A DNA stretch of 32,000 nt from Ferroglobus placidus DSM 10642 (GCF_000025505.1 NC_013849.1:360001-392000), one strand, 5' to 3'. Positions 15,885 through 24,083 are shown, counted from the first letter of the stretch. Numbers and translations: made by a program. Notes: generated by a model from the sequence alone, not told the origin.

Positions 15885-16671
15885 TATGATCGATTCGCTC
15901 AGAAGATTTCTCAGCGGTGTATGCAGACTCTCTCCGGAATTCATGCGGGAAATCAAGGTAGGTGAGCGCGTCAGGCTTAAGCCTGGAGAGATTTCGAATG
16001 ATTATCTTTTAAGCACAGCCTACAGGCTGCTCTGGAAGAGGAAGGAAATGTACTCGATTGAAATACGGAAAGGTGATGAAATAAACTGCTTTGCATCTGC
16101 AGGGAATACGGAAGCTCTTGAATATCTGCTGAGAAGACTCATGGCCGTGTATACCTTTCCAGAACTTGAGCCTGCATGCATTCAGCTTCCTGAAAAAGAA
16201 TGCTATGTCTCTGCTGGCTATGTTAAGCTATCAGGAACTCCCTACATGCTTCACGATCCCGAGCAGAATATCCTGACTCATGCCCTTGCTGCAGCGGATA
16301 ATGTGTTTGTGCAGTTTCTTTTCAAACCCGAGAAGATCGTTCTTGAAAGACTTGGTTATGAAAGCCCTGTTTTCAAGCTTCGTGTTTCTGTTGCAAGCTT
16401 TTCAGAGAGCTGGAAGGAGGCTGTGAATTCCTGTAAGCGTGTACTCGAGAGCTTCACAGTTCTGAGTTCTGCATATTCATCCCTCGTGCCAGTAATTCCA
16501 AGAGTGCCGAATTCGTGCGTTCTGCTCAGAAGCATGCTGGAGAGAAGGTTTCTTCCCGGTGATAACTTTAGAGTTACAGCTGAGGAGCTCGCCATGATCA
16601 CGAAAATTCCCGGTGATATTGTTGATAATCGGCACAGCAGGGAAAAGAAAACTGAAGATACCGATAAGTGA
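15877..16671 (+). CDS. hypothetical protein, possibly the N-terminal domain of the downstream ATPase
   Basis: 264 aa (GTG at 15877 or ATG at 15886). It ends ..VTAEELAMITKIPGD.. and overlaps the next ORF by 59 nt in a different frame. Confidence 0.6.
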   Translation: MVDMIDSLRRFLSGVCRLSPEFMREIKVGERVRLKPGEISNDYLLSTAYRLLWKRKEMYSIEIRKGDEINCFASAGNTEALEYLLRRLMAVYTFPELEPACIQLPEKECYVSAGYVKLSGTPYMLHDPEQNILTHALAAADNVFVQFLFKPEKIVLERLGYESPVFKLRVSVASFSESWKEAVNSCKRVLESFTVLSSAYSSLVPVIPRVPNSCVLLRSMLERRFLPGDNFRVTAEELAMITKIPGDIVDNRHSREKKTEDTDK

Positions 16672-18376
16672 TATCTTGCAGCACCAGCACGTGATAGGCG
16701 CGACAGGTACGGGAAAGAGCACTTTTCTGGCAAATCAGGCTGTGCAGGCGTTTGAAGAGGGAGCATGCTGCGTTGTGATAGATCCGCACGGGGATCTCGC
16801 TCTTGATATCCTGAGAGCTGTTAATCCGGGGGATCTTGGTAAGGTGTACTTTCTCGATCCCGTCAGAGTGCGCTTTTCTCTAAACCCGTTAGAGCTTCCC
16901 GCGGAGTGCCACAGCAGAGAAATAGCCGTTGAGAGAATGATAGGCGAGATCACCGAATTTTTCAGAAAATTCTATGGCAGGCAGTACTGGGGGCCGTCGC
17001 TGAACAGGATATTTCAGGAAGGGCTGAGAGCTCTCTACGAGAAAGATGACGCCCCCACGCTTGGTGATCTCTACGATCTCGTGAGCGGAAGAATAAGGCA
17101 TGAGGAATTTGAAAAAGAGCTGAAAAAGCTGCCGAGGGGAAGGACAGATGCCGTGCTCAACAAGCTCGCACCGTTTGTCAGGAACAGGTTTCTCTCCAGA
17201 ATTCTATGCTCAAAACCGGCAAGCGTCAGGATTGAAGAGCTCATGAAGCCGGGGAGCCTGGTGATTTTCAGGCTTTCCAGAGGAGAGATTTCTGAAGCTG
17301 TTTCATCCCTTCTCGGCTCCGCGATAATAACGCAGACGTGGCTCCATGCAATCTCCCGAGAGAGCAGGTTTCTGGTAATTCTTTTCATTGACGAGCTCCA
17401 GATATTCTCGCATCTTGAAACTCTCTGCAGCATTCTCTCGGAAGGAAGAAAGTACGCTATCTCGCTTGTTGCAGCCCATCAGCACCTGAAACAGCTTCCG
17501 GAAAAACTTCTCAACGATCTTCTTGGAAACGCAGGAATGAGGGTTGTTTTCAGGGTTTCCGGAGAGGATGCGAGAACTCTCGCAAGGGCTCTGGGAAATG
17601 AAGACATTTCTGAAAGACTTATCTCTCTTTCGGATGGAAGAGCAGTTGTGTGGATAAGGGGAAGCTTCAGGGAAGTGGAGAGGATTGTGGAGATTTCAAC
17701 ACTCCCGCTGATTTACAGAAATCCGTTTTCCGAACATGCCACAGATAGAATGCGGAAGCTTTTTGAAATTCCCGAAAGAGAGGAGGAATTTGCTGATCCT
17801 GAGATTTACGAGCTTCTCCACATTTTGCTAGAGAAAAGCATGAGCATGAGCGAGATATTTGAGAAATACAGGAAAATCCTTCCGGGAGTGAAAGCGAGCT
17901 ATGTCTCTGCTCTTGTTGAAAGAGTTGAAAGGCTCGGATTTGTTAAGAGGAATGTCGTGAAGCAGAGAAGGGGAAGGCCAAAGATTGTGGTTGAGCTGAG
18001 CGAGAAAGCTGTTGAACTTCTTGATCTAAGGCACACCTCGAGAAGAGCCGGAGGTGAGCTTCATTCGAAACTCGCAAAGATCTGCGCTGAAAGGTTAAGA
18101 AAAGATGGATGTGCCGTGATATTTCCTCCTCAGGCTGGAAGAGAAGAACAGCCGGACATGATAGCTTATAAAAGATCTCCTGATGGATGGGAAGAGATTG
18201 CGGTTGAAATTGAAACTAGAGCGGATCACCCTGAGCAGGTGATGAGAAACTACAAGAAGAATATCCGAAAGGGAAGGAAAGTAATTTTCGTTGTTCCGGA
18301 CGAGAGAATTGCTGAAAGAGTGAGAAAAATTCTTGGGGATAGGGATTACACTGTTGAAGTGACTGAATATTTTTAA
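16613..18376 (+). CDS. HerA/FtsK/T4CP-superfamily (DUF87-like) ATPase fused to wHTH and PD-(D/E)xK-like nuclease domains
   Basis: Walker A GATGTGKST, then VVIDPHGD, Walker B LVILFIDELQIF and VAAHQHLKQL. A MarR-like wHTH (SEIFEKYRKILPGVKASYVSALVERVERLGFVKR) follows. The C-terminal PDMIAY..EIAVEIET is a restriction-endonuclease-like motif. It has a GTG start only, and its frame opens at 16598. Confidence 0.8.
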   Translation: MILLIIGTAGKRKLKIPISDILQHQHVIGATGTGKSTFLANQAVQAFEEGACCVVIDPHGDLALDILRAVNPGDLGKVYFLDPVRVRFSLNPLELPAECHSREIAVERMIGEITEFFRKFYGRQYWGPSLNRIFQEGLRALYEKDDAPTLGDLYDLVSGRIRHEEFEKELKKLPRGRTDAVLNKLAPFVRNRFLSRILCSKPASVRIEELMKPGSLVIFRLSRGEISEAVSSLLGSAIITQTWLHAISRESRFLVILFIDELQIFSHLETLCSILSEGRKYAISLVAAHQHLKQLPEKLLNDLLGNAGMRVVFRVSGEDARTLARALGNEDISERLISLSDGRAVVWIRGSFREVERIVEISTLPLIYRNPFSEHATDRMRKLFEIPEREEEFADPEIYELLHILLEKSMSMSEIFEKYRKILPGVKASYVSALVERVERLGFVKRNVVKQRRGRPKIVVELSEKAVELLDLRHTSRRAGGELHSKLAKICAERLRKDGCAVIFPPQAGREEQPDMIAYKRSPDGWEEIAVEIETRADHPEQVMRNYKKNIRKGRKVIFVVPDERIAERVRKILGDRDYTVEVTEYF

Positions 18377-18410
18377 GTTCAAAAAATAAAGTAATAGTAA
18401 GGTGCTGAAC

Positions 18411-18695
18411 ATGGAGGGTATAGAGAAGATTAAGAACGAAATAATCCCTGTGCTGAAAAAGTATGATGTGAAGAGAGCAAGTCTATTTGGCTCTATTGTC
18501 AGAAAAGAGATGACAGAAAAAAGCGATATAGATCTGCTTGTCGAATTCGAAGGAAAGAAAAGCCTTCTAGATCTCGCAGAACTGAAAATTGAATTAGAGG
18601 AGAAACTTAAGAGAAAGGTCGATGTCCTCACGTATAAATCAATACATCCCTTACTGAGAGAAAGAATTCTGAGTGAAAAGGTGGATATCCTGTGA
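18411..18695 (+). CDS. mntA: MNT-type nucleotidyltransferase (antitoxin of HEPN/MNT pair)
   Basis: [22 protein letters not shown] (GS..R....SDxDLLV). SD AAGGTG lies 8 nt upstream of the ATG at 18411. The track ORF starts at the GTG at 18402. Confidence 0.85.
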   Translation: MEGIEKIKNEIIPVLKKYDVKRASLFGSIVRKEMTEKSDIDLLVEFEGKKSLLDLAELKIELEEKLKRKVDVLTYKSIHPLLRERILSEKVDIL

Positions 18696-19045
18696 AGAAG
18701 GATATTAGAACTTTTCTGCTACACATTCTCGAAAGCATAGAGATTATAGAAAAGCATACGCACGGTGTAAATAGGGAAGAGTTTATGGAAGATGTGAAAA
18801 CACAGGATGCCGTGTTAAGAAGGCTTGAAATTATAGGTGAAGCTGTAAAAAATATTCCGCAAGATTTCAGGGAAAAGTATCCTGAAATACCTTGGAAAGC
18901 GATTGCCGGAACAAGAGATATTCTGATTCACGAATACTTTGGAGTTGATCTCGATCTCGTATGGGAGATAATTGAAAGGGATCTGCCAGAGCTTAAAGAA
19001 AAAATAGAAAGAATTCTGAAGGATTTAGAGTTTTCTGAGAAGTAA
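18692..19045 (+). CDS. hepT: DUF86 HEPN-domain RNase (toxin of HEPN/MNT pair)
   Basis: The Rx4-6H motif is in [14 protein letters not shown]. It has a 4-nt GTGA overlap with the MNT gene. Confidence 0.85.
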   Translation: MKKDIRTFLLHILESIEIIEKHTHGVNREEFMEDVKTQDAVLRRLEIIGEAVKNIPQDFREKYPEIPWKAIAGTRDILIHEYFGVDLDLVWEIIERDLPELKEKIERILKDLEFSEK

Positions 19046-19178
19046 AGCACAACTATCGGAAAAAAGAGAATAAAAGAGAGCTGTTCTGGAAAAAAGAAAG
19101 TTGCTGAGAGAAATGGTTATACTATTAGTTGGGTTTTAGCATGCAAGTCTTTTTAAATGTCTCCAGCTAAATTTTATT

Positions 19179-19562
19179 GTGGCTGAAATGCTCGAAATGG
19201 AAAGGGAAACACTCGAAAGGTTCAAAAAGAAAGTTCTGAACAAGCTCGAGGATAGGGTTCATGCTATAGTAATTTACGGTTCTCTTGCAAGAGGAACATA
19301 CACGAAGGATAGCGACATAGATATTCTCGTGATAGGTGAAAACAAAGCGGACTGGGAAAGGGTTTCGAGAATAGCCTACGAGATCGATTATGAAAACGGC
19401 TTCAGGACGTTTATAACTACGATGTTCCTCACGAAGAACGAATTCGAGCAGAGGTTGAAAGCAGGAGATCCCTTTATTCACAACGTGCTGAGGGAGGGTG
19501 TGGTTCTTTATGACACGGGTGTCTATGAAGGATTTCGCAAGAGCATGCTTGAAGCTCGCTGA
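19179..19562 (+). CDS. MNT-type nucleotidyltransferase (second pair)
   Basis: VIYGSLARGTYTKDSDIDILVIG. Confidence 0.85.
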   Translation: MAEMLEMERETLERFKKKVLNKLEDRVHAIVIYGSLARGTYTKDSDIDILVIGENKADWERVSRIAYEIDYENGFRTFITTMFLTKNEFEQRLKAGDPFIHNVLREGVVLYDTGVYEGFRKSMLEAR

Positions 19563-19902
19563 AGATTTTGAAGATACAAAACCTGTGCTTGAACATTCAA
19601 GACTGATAACTGCCGTGAACTGCGCCTATTATGCTATGTTTCACGCGGCTCAGGCAATTCTCGCGTTTAACGGCATAGGGCCATCGAGAACTCACAGGGA
19701 TCTGAGAGAGGTTTTCGGAAAGGAGATCATTCTTAAAGGTCTTGCTGACAGAGAGCTTGGAAGGGTGTTGAGCAGAGCTTTTGAGCTGAGGCAGGCAAGC
19801 AGTTATGAAGTTTATGCCCACTTTGGCGAGGATGTTGTGAGGGAGATTGGGAAGAAAAGTGGGGGATTCGTTAAAAGGATAAAGGAATTCATGTCAGAGT
19901 AG
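19525..19902 (+). CDS. HEPN-domain protein (second pair)
   Basis: All-helical. AYYAMFHAAQAIL and LRQASSYE are typical of PF05168-type HEPN proteins. The ATG at 19525 is preferred over the track GTG at 19498. It overlaps the MNT gene. Confidence 0.75.
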   Translation: MKDFARACLKLAEDFEDTKPVLEHSRLITAVNCAYYAMFHAAQAILAFNGIGPSRTHRDLREVFGKEIILKGLADRELGRVLSRAFELRQASSYEVYAHFGEDVVREIGKKSGGFVKRIKEFMSE

Positions 19903-20075
19903 AAAAGGGGATGAAATGTAAACTTCTGTTATCGCATATAAACACGAAAAATCCCAGAAATCCCAGAAAATGATTATGATTTATGAGAACTTGTGAGATA
20001 AAAACAGTTGGCGCCCCTCGATAAATCTTTTATAATTCTATAACTCAAAGCTAAATTAAGGCATGTGTTAAAGAA

Positions 20076-22001
20076 ATGTTTAAACTGGTGGTACCAAGTA
20101 TGATTCCAGAGATTTCACGAATATTAATGAGTTACAAAAAATCTTTGGATAAATCGAGAAGTAGGTACGAATCAATGTATAAAGAAAGATCTAAAAATGT
20201 AGAACGTTTTTATAATTCTTTTCTTAAGAACTTAATTATTACTCTTCATAAAGAAATTAATGATCCTGAAAAAAGAAGAGATGTTATTAGATTAATAAAA
20301 AATTTTTTCAGAAATGATAAAATAAAATTTATAGCTGTTGATGGAACTTGCTACAAAAACCAATTAGTAGATTATATGATCTTTTTTGGCGCATCTTATG
20401 CTATTAGAGGAACTATAGATCTAAACACATACCCGCCAAAAATTAAATATGAAAAATTTGCAGCAGAAGAAGATGTTAGCATGGTTGCATATGTTCCAAT
20501 TCCCTTTGCTGAGTTGGGGGAGGTTCTAGAGGAGAATTATCAATTTGTGAGTTCTGATGAGACAAGAATCGACCTCTCATCTATACATGTTCTTTTAATG
20601 CAATTAGCGGAGATCTATTTGCTTTACTCATTAGCAAAAAGGAGTGCATTGGAAGCACCTAAACTTCTATTGTGGGATCACTCTATTAGTAGTATTCTAG
20701 CAAGTACTGATGTGGGAATTATAACCCAAGAAGGAACTCCAAAAATAAAGCTCATTGGCTTTCATGAAACAGGTAGAGCTCTTTTAATTCAGGATGTAAT
20801 TATCGCGTATTCCCGTCCATGGAATAGTGAGTTAGATATACCAACGCCAAAGGAGTTTAGAATGTATAACTACGTTATTAGGAAAGCTTTTGAAAAAGGT
20901 AAAGAAGGTATAACGTTAGAAGAATTATCTCAACAATCTGGTGTCTCCAAGGACAGAATTTTGGAGAAATTAAAAGAGAGTAAAAAACTTGGGAAATATA
21001 TAATAAAAGATAAAAATGATATATCTTCAACCATCGAAGAGCAACCAATCCTTATTTTTGATAATGATAAAATCTTCTTTAACGAATTTTTCAGAGGATC
21101 ATGGAGGTTTGTAGTGGGAATCTTTGAGTATATCTGTGAGAAATTATTCAAAGAAAAGGATCCAGAGGCATTGATATATCGAAAATATACACCTGAGGGT
21201 GAAAAAGAATGCTGGCTTACACCAGATGATCTACGTTTTCTAATCGCAGTAGGCTTAAGAGCACTGATAGAAGAATGTTGGAAACAGGGAATATTATTCG
21301 TGGGTGTTGTAAAAGATTCGTCCACAAAGTATTTCAGTAAAAATTACATTGGGATATGCAAACATCTTGGAATATATAACTTCGATGATTCTTTAGCAAC
21401 ATTACCTTTACCATGGACTGACAGAACTCTTTTGGAGTTATTGCCTTATATTGACGAAAAAATTGAAGCACCGTGGAGTACAATAGAATTCGATTCCGTA
21501 TTCATGCAGCTTCACTTAGTGCAAACCCCAGACGGTAAGATTGAAATTCATGGTGTAAGAGGTGAAGCTACGAATCCTGAAAGAGTAGTTTTAAGGTCTT
21601 TAGCTCAATTTTACATAAATAGAAATCTCTACACTCCCTTAACAGGACATGTAATATTTATTGATAGAATAGCATTTCCTAGCGAAGATAAAAAATATTA
21701 CGGAGATAATAGACTCATTATTGAAACTAGAAGGCTTGGAAAAATAAAACCAGTCTTCTTCAAAGATAAAAATGAGAACAATATAATTCAGAAAATAATG
21801 CTTATTTTATTATCAGAGTTAACAAAAAACCTTTATCCAGAAGTTATTGGCTATCCAGATCCTTTACACAAAGCCGATTGGGGTGCAAAAAGTATATTGA
21901 AAAAAGTCAAACCTATTATTGACTCTGGAGAAATATCATTCAGAGCGCGCCCATTGAGAAAAACTCTCAGGGAACTAAGAGAAGAAGTAAGAAGATCGTA
22001 G
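20076..22001 (+). CDS. NurA-like nuclease with an embedded wHTH domain (641 aa)
   Basis: Motifs in NurA order: KFIAVDGTCY (DGS/T), MQLAEIYLL (E), LLLWDHSISS (hhhhD), LFVGVVKDSSTKYF (K-S) and GYPDPLHKADWGAK (YP..L..AD..A). The central segment KEGITLEELSQQSGVSKDRILEKLKESKKLGKYII is a clear HTH/wHTH. Strongly AT-rich codon usage. Confidence 0.7.
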   Translation: MFKLVVPSMIPEISRILMSYKKSLDKSRSRYESMYKERSKNVERFYNSFLKNLIITLHKEINDPEKRRDVIRLIKNFFRNDKIKFIAVDGTCYKNQLVDYMIFFGASYAIRGTIDLNTYPPKIKYEKFAAEEDVSMVAYVPIPFAELGEVLEENYQFVSSDETRIDLSSIHVLLMQLAEIYLLYSLAKRSALEAPKLLLWDHSISSILASTDVGIITQEGTPKIKLIGFHETGRALLIQDVIIAYSRPWNSELDIPTPKEFRMYNYVIRKAFEKGKEGITLEELSQQSGVSKDRILEKLKESKKLGKYIIKDKNDISSTIEEQPILIFDNDKIFFNEFFRGSWRFVVGIFEYICEKLFKEKDPEALIYRKYTPEGEKECWLTPDDLRFLIAVGLRALIEECWKQGILFVGVVKDSSTKYFSKNYIGICKHLGIYNFDDSLATLPLPWTDRTLLELLPYIDEKIEAPWSTIEFDSVFMQLHLVQTPDGKIEIHGVRGEATNPERVVLRSLAQFYINRNLYTPLTGHVIFIDRIAFPSEDKKYYGDNRLIIETRRLGKIKPVFFKDKNENNIIQKIMLILLSELTKNLYPEVIGYPDPLHKADWGAKSILKKVKPIIDSGEISFRARPLRKTLRELREEVRRS

Positions 22002-22016
22002 CAGAGGTGTAGAGTA

Positions 22017-23288
22017 ATGGAGATATTTAGGTTAGAAGGTTTTAATGGAAGGCTCTTAGCGGCGGAACCTGATGAACGAAGTAGATATAACTTTACTATA
22101 TGGTTTCCATATACTCGTGAACTTGTAAATGATATTCAAGATGGAGATCTTCTTGCAGTACCAAATTTCCAAAGTGACAGGGAACGGCCAGTATATAGTA
22201 TCTTAAAAGTTACAAATGTTCTTCCAAAGCATTTTGCATTACGAGGAAAGGAAGATACGAAGTCTTATCCTGGATATGTGTTAGAAGCAGCAAAAAATAT
22301 TGCAGCTTCGTGGGTTATTCAAGAAAGTGAACCATTAGAGGATACTACAATAATAGAGGTAGAAGCAATACCCACAAACTTGCAATTTAGGTTAAATGAA
22401 CAGAACAATCCAATTATAGAGGAAGAGAAGAGTATGCCAATGGTTGGAGAAGAAGTAAAATTACTATCCCCAGAATTTGTAATGAAAATCTTAAACAGTG
22501 GTATAAAATTTGGTTATGAGGAAATTATAGAGATAGGTCATTTAATTAGAGATAAAGAGATAAAGATTTACGTGAGAGTTGAAGATCTTGTAAGGACACA
22601 TTTCGGGATATTTGGTTATACTGGTGTAGGAAAAAGTAATCTTCTAAGCACAATTATCAGAAAACTTCTAACTGAAACAATTAAAATAGATGAAAAGCAG
22701 TTGCCTAAAAAAGAAATAAGAGAGCGAGAAAATATTAAAATCCTACTTTTTGATCTTATGGATGAATATATAAGTTTATTGATAGATCTGTTAGTGAATA
22801 ACAATCTTGATTCAAAAATAGTTTACATTGACCGAAGATCACTACCTAAAGCGGTAATCGATTATTTAAAAGGAAATGAGACTTTGATTAAAGCGATACA
22901 TGCTTTTTTGAGACAAATGTATATCCCAAAGGGATTATTAGACTGCAAGGATAAATATTATGAAAGAATAAGAGAAATTCTCGAGAAGGATAGAATAAAG
23001 ATTTGGGAGGAAGAATTTGAAATTAAGACTATCGATGAACTTATAGAAAAGATTTGGCCTGAAGTAATAGGAGATCTAAGATCCACTACAAAAATATCAA
23101 CTCTAGAAAGAGTAAAAGAGGATATACTCTCAGATGTAACTGGAAATGAGTTAACTCCAGAAAATTTGGATAAGATACTATCTAAACTTGGGGAAAGTAG
23201 TGTTTTTGGCTATCCACAACCTCAAAGTGTGATAAACTTACGAAAACAAAAAGATGGTAATGCCTCAGTAATGTTTATATTCAATTAG
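22017..23288 (+). CDS. HerA-like (DUF87) ATPase, 3'-truncated by IS insertion
   Basis: SD GAGGTG at 22004-22009. N-terminal barrel-like domain, then THFGIFGYTGVGKSNLL (Walker A) and ILLFDLMDEY (the hhhDphgEY motif that follows Walker A in HerA). No Walker B (hhhhDEAH) appears before the ORF runs into the IS inverted repeat at 23256. The last 10 codons (GNASVMFIFN) and the stop are IS sequence. Confidence 0.75.
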   Translation: MEIFRLEGFNGRLLAAEPDERSRYNFTIWFPYTRELVNDIQDGDLLAVPNFQSDRERPVYSILKVTNVLPKHFALRGKEDTKSYPGYVLEAAKNIAASWVIQESEPLEDTTIIEVEAIPTNLQFRLNEQNNPIIEEEKSMPMVGEEVKLLSPEFVMKILNSGIKFGYEEIIEIGHLIRDKEIKIYVRVEDLVRTHFGIFGYTGVGKSNLLSTIIRKLLTETIKIDEKQLPKKEIRERENIKILLFDLMDEYISLLIDLLVNNNLDSKIVYIDRRSLPKAVIDYLKGNETLIKAIHAFLRQMYIPKGLLDCKDKYYERIREILEKDRIKIWEEEFEIKTIDELIEKIWPEVIGDLRSTTKISTLERVKEDILSDVTGNELTPENLDKILSKLGESSVFGYPQPQSVINLRKQKDGNASVMFIFN

Positions 23289-23303
23289 TTGGATAAATCG
23301 GTG

Positions 23304-23588
23304 ATGATGTGTCCGCATTGCAAATCGATAAAAACTGTGAAAATGGGCTGTTATTACACGAAATCTGGTGAGAGGAGGCAGAGATACAAATGCAAGAGCT
23401 GCGGGAGAACTTTCGTTTTGAATCCGATAAAGCCGAGGAATTATCCCGAGGAATTTAAGGAGATGGTAGTTAGAGCTGTTGTGAAGGAGGGTGTAGGGAT
23501 AAGACAAGCGAGCAGAATTTTCAAGCTTTCTCCTAACACTGTGACAGCTTGGGTAAGAGAATTTTCTAAAAAAAGACCTGAGAAATGA
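23304..23588 (+). CDS. insA: IS1 InsA-like protein (zinc finger + HTH)
   Basis: MMCPHCKS..YKCKSCGRTF (CxxC..CxxC), then an HTH (GIRQASRIFKLSPNTVTAWV). The track ORF starts at the TTG at 23289. Confidence 0.8.
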   Translation: MMCPHCKSIKTVKMGCYYTKSGERRQRYKCKSCGRTFVLNPIKPRNYPEEFKEMVVRAVVKEGVGIRQASRIFKLSPNTVTAWVREFSKKRPEK

Positions 23589-24003
23589 GATTAGATCGGA
23601 AAAGCCTGTTATCGAGTTAGATGAAGCTTGGAGTTTTGTTAAGAAAAAGGAAAACGAAATCTGGATTTGGATTGCTTTAGAGAGAAATTCCCGAAAAATA
23701 ATAAGTTATGCAATAGGAGATCGTTCTGTGGATACTTTCAAGAAATTGTGGGACGGAATTGGCGATGAAATAAAGCGGAAAGCAATTTTCTACACGGATC
23801 GCTGGGACGCTTATAATTTGATTCCTTACAGGCAGAGAATCGTAAGAAGAGGAGGAACGAACCACGTTGAAAGGTTATTCTTAACTCTGAGAAATGATAA
23901 TCCGAGATTCGCAAGAAAATCAATCAGATTCTCAAAATCCTCGGAAATGCTCGAAAATTCTTTTAAATTGTGGATTCATTACTATAATTTATCAACATTA
24001 TAG
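23557..24003 (+). CDS. insB: IS1 InsB-like DDE transposase domain (no own start; needs recoding from insA)
   Basis: The frame is open from 23557. It reads ELDEAWSFVKKKENEIWIWIALERNSRKIISYAIGDRS..FYTDRWDAY..TNHVERLFLTLR (D, D, E). The stop lies inside the right inverted repeat. The track lists only 23728..24003. Confidence 0.8.
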   Translation, partial: ENFLKKDLRNEIRSEKPVIELDEAWSFVKKKENEIWIWIALERNSRKIISYAIGDRSVDTFKKLWDGIGDEIKRKAIFYTDRWDAYNLIPYRQRIVRRGGTNHVERLFLTLRNDNPRFARKSIRFSKSSEMLENSFKLWIHYYNLSTL

Positions 24004-24083
24004 TGACACTACCGAAAATAATTTCGGGAAAAGACATGGTGTTTGTGTTAAAGTTTAGGATGACCGAAAAATTTAAATTCATT

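Larger units (their letters stand above)
23256..24013 (+). mobile_element. IS1-family insertion sequence (758 bp)
   Basis: The imperfect terminal inverted repeats match at 18 of 24 positions: GGTAATGCCTCAGTAATGTTTATA (23256-23279) versus the reverse complement of 23990-24013, GGTAGTGTCACTATAATGTTGATA. The GGTAATG/GGTAGTG tips resemble the E. coli IS1 ends as I recall them. The size and the InsA/InsB organisation fit IS1. Confidence 0.85.

Noticed and set aside
18095-18631. 178-aa minus-strand ORF (Ser/Phe-rich)
   Set aside because: It is antisense to the ATPase 3' end and the MNT gene, both of which have strong motifs. Its sequence is compositionally implausible.
19951-19968. ATCCCAGAA x2 tandem repeat in the spacer before the NurA-like gene
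   Set aside because: It is real but tiny: two copies of 9 bp. There is no further context to assign a function.
10656-20016. GGGCGCCAATTG (10656-10667) and its near reverse complement CAGTTGGCGCCC (20005-20016), bracketing the integrase-to-HEPN block; considered as element ends
   Set aside because: Only an 11 of 12 match in inverted (not direct) orientation, found post hoc. A chance occurrence in 64 kb of two-strand sequence is not negligible, and tyrosine-integrase att sites are direct repeats.
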